Source of the DNA: an uncultured virus (IMG/VR IMGVR_UViG_3300042465_006114)
Lineage: Duplodnaviria > Heunggongvirae > Uroviricota > Caudoviricetes
Reading direction: 5' to 3' (one strand)
DNA length: 64,000 bases
Virus record (IMG/VR): IMGVR_UViG_3300042465_006114
In this document: in pieces, positions 57,367-64,000 of the stretch
How positions within the stretch are numbered: position 1 is the first letter of the stretch
Layout: every line of letters begins with the position of its first letter
Notes under the pieces: model-generated
What the model was told of the DNA's origin: nothing
Seen by the model: the letters and a program-made list of their open reading frames with translations, nothing else
The model's database searches: none
Translations under genes and position numbers: made by a program

Positions 57367-58650
57367 TTATTTTACTAATCTATCAATAATTACTTTGAAT
57401 TGCTTTGCAATACCTTCCCACTTCATTGCGGAAACTTTATTAAAAGCGTTTTCTATTTTTTGCTTAACTTGTTCTTGCAGTTCTGGTTCTTCGTTTGATA
57501 ATCCATAAACAACTTCGCATAAAGTTTTTACTTCCATTGGGTTTGTTGTAAGTCTTATTTTTTCAAAGTCATTTACAAATACCGATTGTTGGCTAAACAT
57601 AAAATTCAAAGTGTTTTCTCCGTTGTCTGTTATCTCTGTAATAGAAGTGTGTTTTGGACAAACCACAAGTGTTTTAGTAGCCATAGCTTCTGTTATTGTT
57701 AATCCCCAACCTTCCGCAGTTGTAGTGGTAATAAAGCAATCAAATGAATTGTAGATTTTATTTAGTTCTTCTGGAGTGCAACCTTTATTTTCTGAAAAAT
57801 CTTTTGGAACAATTACATCTTTACCTACTTCCAGTCCTACTCTATCGCAAAGTCTATAAATGTTTATCCCCATAGGGTCTGTTGGATTACAATGAAGATA
57901 TAACAAGGCATCAGCACCAGTAGTGTGTTTGAACATAGCAAATCCCATAATAAGACTTCCGAAATCTTTTCTAACTTGGTTTCTGTTTACGCTTCCGAAT
58001 ACAAATGTATTTTCTCTTTCAGCACCAAATAATTCAACTTTAGCTAATCCTTTGTTTAATTCCGAATAAGGATAAAAATCGGTTGTATTAGTTCCGTGCG
58101 GTATAATTTTAATCTTTTTGAATTGTGTGTCAGAAAGTAACGGTTTCATCACTCCTTTGGCGTATTGCGTATAAGTAACTACTTCATCGAAAAATGATAA
58201 TACTTTTAAATCAGCCATTCTTGGCTCACTATCAATTGGGAAATAAATTATCGACTTAAAGTTAGGTCGGTTTTCTTCTCTCTTTTTATTTTTTACTTCT
58301 TTTAGATTATCAGCCATTGCATTAATAACTTCTACATCTTGTAAAAAAAACAAAGCATCAAAATCGTTTTGATAAATTATTTGAAGTAACTCAATTCGTC
58401 TATAAACATCTCCTCTAGTGTCTTTGTCGCCAGTTTGCAAAGCTGGTATTACTTTTACGTTTGGTAAGTAATCATAAACTGCTTTACTCTTATCATTAAT
58501 AGCAAAAATGACAATACTTAAATTTTTGTCTTTCGCCCATTCATTTACAAGTTCTTTAGCAACTGCTCCAAATCCAGTTGTGCAATTCCAATCAGCATAT
58601 ACTAATAATGATTTTTGTGTTTCTACTTTTTTGCGGTGTACGACTTTCAT
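57367..58650 (-). CDS. GT4-family glycosyltransferase
   Basis: TGFG, IPHG, NRNQVRKD, EGWGLTITEAMA. Confidence 0.9.
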   Translation of the reverse strand: MKVVHRKKVETQKSLLVYADWNCTTGFGAVAKELVNEWAKDKNLSIVIFAINDKSKAVYDYLPNVKVIPALQTGDKDTRGDVYRRIELLQIIYQNDFDALFFLQDVEVINAMADNLKEVKNKKREENRPNFKSIIYFPIDSEPRMADLKVLSFFDEVVTYTQYAKGVMKPLLSDTQFKKIKIIPHGTNTTDFYPYSELNKGLAKVELFGAERENTFVFGSVNRNQVRKDFGSLIMGFAMFKHTTGADALLYLHCNPTDPMGINIYRLCDRVGLEVGKDVIVPKDFSENKGCTPEELNKIYNSFDCFITTTTAEGWGLTITEAMATKTLVVCPKHTSITEITDNGENTLNFMFSQQSVFVNDFEKIRLTTNPMEVKTLCEVVYGLSNEEPELQEQVKQKIENAFNKVSAMKWEGIAKQFKVIIDRLVK

Positions 58651-58994
58651 AATTTGTTGTTTTAAGTTTCTGGTTGTAAATATACTATTTATTAAATAAA
58701 TAATATTTGATTGTATGAATTAATGCTTTTATATAAAAGTATATCCATATTAAAACTGTTATCCAAGACATCACTATTAATATAGATAAAGTCAAATTAT
58801 AATAAAATTTTATACTTTTATGAAAACTAAATTCTTGTAAAATTTTTTGACTTTGTTCAAATAATCCTATTGTGTTTGGTTCATTTAAAATTTTTAAAAT
58901 GTAAATTCCAATTGGATATGCTACAAAGCATCCTAATAAATAAATTTGTAATCCGTTCATAATTTTTGTTTTTAAGTTTCTGGTTGTAAATATA
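58646..58994 (-). repeat. About 39-bp direct repeats (58646-58684 and 58956-58994) flanking a small membrane gene
   Basis: TTTAAGTTTCTGGTTGTAAATATA core identical in both copies. Confidence 0.85.
58685..58960 (-). CDS. Two-TM protein
   Basis: Hydrophobic segments. Confidence 0.6.
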   Translation of the reverse strand: MNGLQIYLLGCFVAYPIGIYILKILNEPNTIGLFEQSQKILQEFSFHKSIKFYYNLTLSILIVMSWITVLIWIYFYIKALIHTIKYYLFNK

Positions 58995-59508
58995 TGTTAA
59001 TTATTTTATTTTCTTTTTCGTATTCTAATCTTTTTAAGTATGCTTCTTCTTCGGTTTTAAACATTCCCAAATTTATTTTTTTGTGATTTATTTGAATTTG
59101 ACTTAACCATCTTTTATCTCTTGAAATATAAGAAACTCCTCTATAAACACTTGAAGTTTTTTTACCTATAAATCTATGACAATTATTTTCTGATGCTGAA
59201 ACCCATTCTAAATTTTCAATTCTATTGTCTTTTCGGTTTAAATTTTTGTGATTTACTTGTTTTTTATTATTTTCATTACTAATAAAAGATTTAGCAATCA
59301 ATCTATGAACTCTAAATAATTTTGTTTTTTTTTCAAAAATTAAGTGAATCAAACAATAACCATCTTTGTCTAAATATTGAGGTATTATTTTTTTTTCATT
59401 TTTAATTCTACCAAAATTACTTACTTGATACAAAATATCAAAACCATCTAACTCTTTCCAAATTTCGCCTTTTATATCTTTGTTAGATATATTTTTATGA
59501 ATTTCCAT
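58972..59508 (-). CDS. NUMOD4-HNH-AP2 homing endonuclease
   Basis: EIWKE...YQVSNFGRIK, VHRLIA, VNHKN...DNRIENLEW, SSVYRGVS AP2-like. Confidence 0.9.
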   Translation of the reverse strand: MEIHKNISNKDIKGEIWKELDGFDILYQVSNFGRIKNEKKIIPQYLDKDGYCLIHLIFEKKTKLFRVHRLIAKSFISNENNKKQVNHKNLNRKDNRIENLEWVSASENNCHRFIGKKTSSVYRGVSYISRDKRWLSQIQINHKKINLGMFKTEEEAYLKRLEYEKENKIINIYLQPET

Positions 59509-59636
59509 AATAATAAAAAGCACCTAATTTCGTAAAATGGTGGATTCACTACTCTCAAATGCTATTAAATTTATATTTTTTCGCCACTTACATTATTCCA
59601 CCATAGATAATGTATTGAAAATATAATAAAAAAAAT

Positions 59637-60263
59637 TTAATCTATTCCTTTTTCTCTATTATCTGATAAACTCATAACATAGTATGTAGCTGGGCAATTT
59701 TCCGCTTTTTTGTGCTTTCCATTTTGCATCATATTTTGTATTAAAGCAAAGTCGTGTCCATATTCTGCATCGTGCTTAGGCATTTGCTTTAAAAAATCAG
59801 TTCTTACAATTAGTTCACTATGACCTATCATACCGTATTCTAAACGAGAAACCCTTGTTCCGTTTACTGGTTTAACTTCCGAGTTAAAGTAAACAAAATC
59901 TAAATCAGTTCCTTCTATTTGAGAAAGATAATTTTCAAAATGATTAGGTAAAATAATATCATCGTTAGCAAAAAATACAAAATACTTTCCTTGTGCAATT
60001 TGTATGTTGTTATTGGTAATTGCAAAACCGTGTCCGCCTTGATTAATTGGATTGTTACATATCATCAAGTCATTTCCATTATGCGAACATTGGTCTATTA
60101 ATCCAGCAAAATATTCGCTATCTATAAAGTCTTGCATTACTGGACAACCATCTCCTACAACATAAGCTTCCCAACCATTTGTGTTTTGATTAGCAATACA
60201 ATTTATTGCTCTTATAGTTCTTTCTGGTCTGCCATAACTAGGCATTGATAATGTTAATCTCAT
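59637..60263 (-). CDS. GT2-family glycosyltransferase
   Basis: MPSYGR, VVGDG, GKYFVFFANDD, HDF. Confidence 0.8.
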   Translation of the reverse strand: MRLTLSMPSYGRPERTIRAINCIANQNTNGWEAYVVGDGCPVMQDFIDSEYFAGLIDQCSHNGNDLMICNNPINQGGHGFAITNNNIQIAQGKYFVFFANDDIILPNHFENYLSQIEGTDLDFVYFNSEVKPVNGTRVSRLEYGMIGHSELIVRTDFLKQMPKHDAEYGHDFALIQNMMQNGKHKKAENCPATYYVMSLSDNREKGID

Positions 60264-60517
60264 AATTTTTCTTCTTTTTTATATATTTCTAATAGTTCTT
60301 TTTGTATAGTAAGAATTTGTAAATCACTTAATGCTTCTACATCATAAGTTCTTGATTTGTCTATAACTTCTAAAAGTAAATCTAATTTATAAGCAAGAGA
60401 ACCTAATTCTTCTTGGGTTTCAATATCTTCAAAATCTTGTACAAAGTCAATTACTATTTGACTGTATTTTTCCATATTATAATAAGTATCGTTGCTTAAC
60501 TGCTCTATTGTTCTCAT
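60260..60517 (-). CDS. Hypothetical protein
   Basis: Ends KELLEIYKKE, as does 60690 ORF. Confidence 0.6.
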   Translation of the reverse strand: MRTIEQLSNDTYYNMEKYSQIVIDFVQDFEDIETQEELGSLAYKLDLLLEVIDKSRTYDVEALSDLQILTIQKELLEIYKKEEKL

Positions 60518-60519
60518 AA

Positions 60520-60726
60520 TTATTTAATTTTATTTTTAAGTTGCATTTCTAGTTTCTGAACATTAATCATTTGCGTTACTACATTGCAAATAGCGTTTGC
60601 TTGTGGTATAAAAGCTTTGTCTGATTTAACTTTTTCAAGCGTATCAAATAATACGCCTTTAATATCAAAATTAACATTTTCTGTTCTTACTATTTCTGAT
60701 ATTTTATTGTTTTGTTGTAATTCCAT
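60520..60726 (-). CDS. Hypothetical protein
   Basis: QANAICNV...INVQK pattern. Confidence 0.6.
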   Translation of the reverse strand: MELQQNNKISEIVRTENVNFDIKGVLFDTLEKVKSDKAFIPQANAICNVVTQMINVQKLEMQLKNKIK

Positions 60727-60989
60727 TTTTCTTTTTTGTAGATTTCTAATAGTTCTTTTGTCGTTAATTCTTTATGTCCAAAATCATTACTCCATCCATT
60801 TTCATAACAAGAATAAGTATGTTCATCTAAAAAATGAGCAAACCCAATAGTAAATTCATCTCTATCTACTTCTGTTTCTTCAATACCAGCCAATATACCA
60901 GCTTCAAAAAGTTCATCTTCTGTTTCTCTACCGTTTAAATTTTGTTTATGTAAAAAAGAATAATATTCTACTTTTTCTTTTAGTGTCAT
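60690..60989 (-). CDS. Hypothetical protein
   Basis: FTIGFA...TTKELLEIYKKEK. Confidence 0.6.
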   Translation of the reverse strand: MTLKEKVEYYSFLHKQNLNGRETEDELFEAGILAGIEETEVDRDEFTIGFAHFLDEHTYSCYENGWSNDFGHKELTTKELLEIYKKEKWNYNKTIKYQK

Positions 60990-61304
60990 AATTTAAAAAT
61001 ATTTTTTATTAAAAAAATAATTAACAAAATCATTGTTAGAATTATTATTAATCCAGAATAAAAAGTCAATATTCTTACTATTAATTTTTTATTTTTTTGT
61101 TTCATATTTTTTTTCTTTTTTGTCGTTTTCAATATAACCTACTAAAATAAACTTTCCATAAAACCATTTGTAGCAAGGAACTTTATCTTCTTTCATCTTA
61201 AAAATATTTAATGTACAATGCTGAAAAAATAACTGCAACAAAACCAAATAAAATTAAACAAACAATAAACTCAATAAAATTTTTTAAAACATAATTCCAT
61301 TTTC

Positions 61305-61988
61305 TCATAACTCCATTTTTTCAAATTCATCTATAATTTCTTGTATCTCTAATTCTGTAAATTTGTTTTTTAAATGTGTATTTTGTTTTATACATCTTGG
61401 GGGTGTTCCAACATAAAGTCCAAAGCATTTAGGATTTACTTTTTTAGTAATAACCGTTCCCATTCCAATCATACTTCCAGAACCAATTCTTGAATATTGA
61501 TGACAAACACTACCTAATCCCATATTGACATAACTACCTAACAATGTATGACCAGCGATTATTACATTACAAGCTAAAGTACAATTGCTATTTATTGTAC
61601 TATCGTGTCCAATATGACTAGCTTTTAACATAACAATATTGTCGCATAAAATAGTTGGTTTTTCACATCCAGCATTTACAGTAACAAACTCTCTAAACGT
61701 ATTGCCATTTCCGATTATCACTCCTTGATTTAGTTTTCCAAAATATTCCTTATGTTCTGGTTCAGTTCCAATTGAACAAAATGATTCAAAATGATTATTA
61801 TCGCCTATTACAGTATCTCCAGTAATATAACAAAAAGCACCGATGTAATTGTTTTTACCTAATACAACATCATTTCCTATAATAGCAGTAGGGTGTATGT
61901 AGTTACTACTATCTCTAACAATAAATCTATAAGTACCGCTTAAAGAAGCGTGTTGACTTTCGTCTTGATTTGGAGTTAAATCTTCCAT
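61305..61988 (-). CDS. LpxA-like hexapeptide-repeat (LbH) acyltransferase
   Basis: IHPTAII, IG..N.FREFVTVNAG, HIGHD, IAGH, HQYSRIG. Confidence 0.85.
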   Translation of the reverse strand: MEDLTPNQDESQHASLSGTYRFIVRDSSNYIHPTAIIGNDVVLGKNNYIGAFCYITGDTVIGDNNHFESFCSIGTEPEHKEYFGKLNQGVIIGNGNTFREFVTVNAGCEKPTILCDNIVMLKASHIGHDSTINSNCTLACNVIIAGHTLLGSYVNMGLGSVCHQYSRIGSGSMIGMGTVITKKVNPKCFGLYVGTPPRCIKQNTHLKNKFTELEIQEIIDEFEKMEL

Positions 61989-61990
61989 AG

Positions 61991-62617
61991 CTATTTATTG
62001 AATTTAGTTAAGTATATTTCCTCTGATGGTAAGCCACCCCACATATCAATATACATTGCTCTGTTTTGAGCAAAGCGATTGTTTAAAGATGGTTCTTTAG
62101 CAATAGTCATTGAATTACGATATACAATTGGGTCTAAAAAAGAAGTCCAAGTTTTGTTGGCTTTCATTAAACTCATTTTGTAATCAAACGAATTATCTTC
62201 AAAGTATGCTGGAAAAAACTCCTCGTCAAATTTACCAGCTTTTTTCCACATATCTACTTTCAAAATAAAACTGCACCAGTTCTGAAAAGAATTAATGAAG
62301 TCGGCATTTTGGTTATTTTTAATTACCATTTTAATTTCGTGTTCTGTTCTTCCTAAGTAAATATCATCGTTTAGCATTAAAACGTGAGTAGCATCTACTT
62401 TTTCTGCATAATCCATTATGTAGTTCCAGCTTTTTGCAACTCCTAAATTTTCTTCTGGTCGGTAAATTGCAAATTTTTCCTCTCTAGTTATTATGGATTG
62501 ATTTCCATTATCTACAATAAAGATTTCGTTATCTTTAAAATCCTCAAAGTATCCACTTAAAGCTTCGTTAAGCAAATCTGCTCTATTCAATGTTGGTATT
62601 CCAATTATTAGTTTCAT
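61991..62617 (-). CDS. GT2-family glycosyltransferase
   Basis: IPTLNR, IVDNG, NLGVAKSWN, LNDD, FDEEFFPAYFED. Confidence 0.9.
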   Translation of the reverse strand: MKLIIGIPTLNRADLLNEALSGYFEDFKDNEIFIVDNGNQSIITREEKFAIYRPEENLGVAKSWNYIMDYAEKVDATHVLMLNDDIYLGRTEHEIKMVIKNNQNADFINSFQNWCSFILKVDMWKKAGKFDEEFFPAYFEDNSFDYKMSLMKANKTWTSFLDPIVYRNSMTIAKEPSLNNRFAQNRAMYIDMWGGLPSEEIYLTKFNK

Positions 62618-62770
62618 ATTGATTTAATTTTAATATTCTATTCGTTCACATTCTTTTTTACACACTTTAGAGCAATAAATACTTTCGCAAGATTCTCCGC
62701 AAAAATCACAAAAATTGTTTATTGGTTCGTCTGGAGTTTGTTCTTTACATTCATCGTAGTTTCCCATATC

Positions 62771-63307
62771 TTATTTTATTAAAAATGTTTTTTTATGAAT
62801 AGCTACTTCTCCATCTTTAATTTGAGATTCAACAATTTTTTTAGAAATTACTTTGCTTAATTTTTTAAAACATTTGAATAATTGTTTACTATTTAAAATA
62901 CCAGCTTCGTTTAAACCGTGAATTTCTTTTCTAATTTTTTCCGCATCTGTAATAAACCCTTTAGATATTTTAAAACCTTGTTCTTTAATTTGTTCTTTCA
63001 AACTTAAATACGGTTCTGCTTTACCAAAAATTAAAGATATTGAAATATCTCTATTTTTTTTATCATACATTATTTCTTTTAATATATCAATATCTCTTTG
63101 TTGAATAATAGGTTCTCCAGTTTCTTTATTAAAGATTGTGCCATCAACATCTTTTTCTAATTTAATGTTTTTTAATGTGTTTAATGGTTTTTTAGGGTAA
63201 ACAATTCCAGTTGTTTTATCAATTATACCATCATTAGTGTCGCAAACTTTAGATACAATTTTTTCGACTTTTGAAATTTCTTTTAATTGTTTTTTTGTTG
63301 TTTTCAT
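62771..63307 (-). CDS. Basic hypothetical protein
   Basis: ORF. Confidence 0.6.
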   Translation of the reverse strand: MKTTKKQLKEISKVEKIVSKVCDTNDGIIDKTTGIVYPKKPLNTLKNIKLEKDVDGTIFNKETGEPIIQQRDIDILKEIMYDKKNRDISISLIFGKAEPYLSLKEQIKEQGFKISKGFITDAEKIRKEIHGLNEAGILNSKQLFKCFKKLSKVISKKIVESQIKDGEVAIHKKTFLIK

Positions 63308-63560
63308 TTTCTTAGTTTTAATTATTATTTAATTTTTAGCACCCTCTTTCTTCAATTAATATTCAAGCAAGGTTTAAGACCTTGTGTAAAAAAGTTAGGG
63401 TCAAGCCGAGAACTCATTTGTGTTGTATGGTGCGTAACTTTTATACAATTAAGTATTCTGTCCATCTAAATTCAGCAATTCCTTTCTCAAGGGAACAACA
63501 CATTCAGACTCACATCTGATATTCTTATTTATACTCGTGTCAATGTTTTCCGAGTTTTTA

Positions 63561-63908
63561 TTAGCAATGATGCTCTTCTCTATGACAATTTGAACAAAGA
63601 AGTATGCATTTATCTAACTCAAGTTTTAAATCATCTGATAGCCCACCTCTTGAATTAAAATAGTCTTTATCTTTTGTACTAGGGTCTATGTGATGAAACT
63701 CTAATGCTGCAATACATTTGTTGTATCCACATTTTATACATTTACCACCTTTATAATCTACCGCCAGTTGCTTTGTATTTCTTTGTCTTTCTTTATTAGA
63801 TATGACAATACAAGATTTACAATAAGAACTAGCTTTGGTTGATTTATAAAAATCATCTTTAGATTTACTTAATTTACACTTAGGACATACTTTATTACTC
63901 ATTGTCAA
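63561..63908 (-). CDS. HNH endonuclease with zinc-finger N-terminus
   Basis: CPKC...CKSC; CIKCGY...LEFHH...LLCSNCHREEH. Confidence 0.85.
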   Translation of the reverse strand: MTMSNKVCPKCKLSKSKDDFYKSTKASSYCKSCIVISNKERQRNTKQLAVDYKGGKCIKCGYNKCIAALEFHHIDPSTKDKDYFNSRGGLSDDLKLELDKCILLCSNCHREEHHC

Positions 63909-64000
63909 TTGTTTTAAAAATAAAGGTTTTATACATTATGGATAACCTTTAACCACCTACCATTACTGATAGTATCTTTGTGTAAAGCGTTAAAGTCTAT

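Noticed and set aside
14500..63469. Plus-strand ORFs of the ORF track within the minus-strand block (e.g. 24945, 47300, 50311)
   Set aside because: Antisense shadows of well-supported minus-strand genes
63340..63560. RNase P RNA or a firmly assigned group I intron
   Set aside because: Only vague resemblance; conserved core sequences and flanking exons could not be identified
1..64000. Eukaryotic giant virus or Polinton-like virus origin
   Set aside because: Bacteroidota promoters, intrinsic terminators, coupled operons, holin/lysozyme, PG-binding and ArdA domains point to a bacterial host
1..64000. tRNA/rRNA genes, integrase, alternative genetic code
   Set aside because: No cloverleaf, rRNA-like or recombinase motifs were noticed by eye, and ORFs tile densely with the standard code

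Overview
AT-rich, densely coding segment of a large bacteriophage, most likely infecting Bacteroidota (Flavobacterium-like), based on repeated TAnnTTTG promoters, AT-rich leaders and a holin/lysozyme/spanin-like cassette. A + strand block (about 0.7-12.1 kb) holds small modular early-type genes and a minimal PolB-like ORF. It converges on a - strand block of about 52 kb. I recognise no terminase, portal, HK97 capsid or tail genes. Instead there is an FtsK/HerA (A32/P9-type) packaging ATPase, a highly expressed beta-rich capsid candidate with a distant paralog, and about 40 small single-TM proteins. The block also carries Gly-rich fibre proteins beside sulfation/glycosylation enzymes, three peptidoglycan hydrolases, an H-NC (LRAT-like) enzyme, a zincin protease and a MoxR/VWA-like module. 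Three giant polyvalent proteins (ArdA, clamp-like and ART-like domains) are punctuated by a repeated hydrophobic-x-x-G-G motif, and a second motif, [FY]xNAxG, recurs in capsid and membrane proteins. Working hypothesis: an unusually large tailless, membrane-containing phage with protease-processed virion polyproteins. All assignments come from motif recognition by eye; no searches were run, and the window is only part of the genome.
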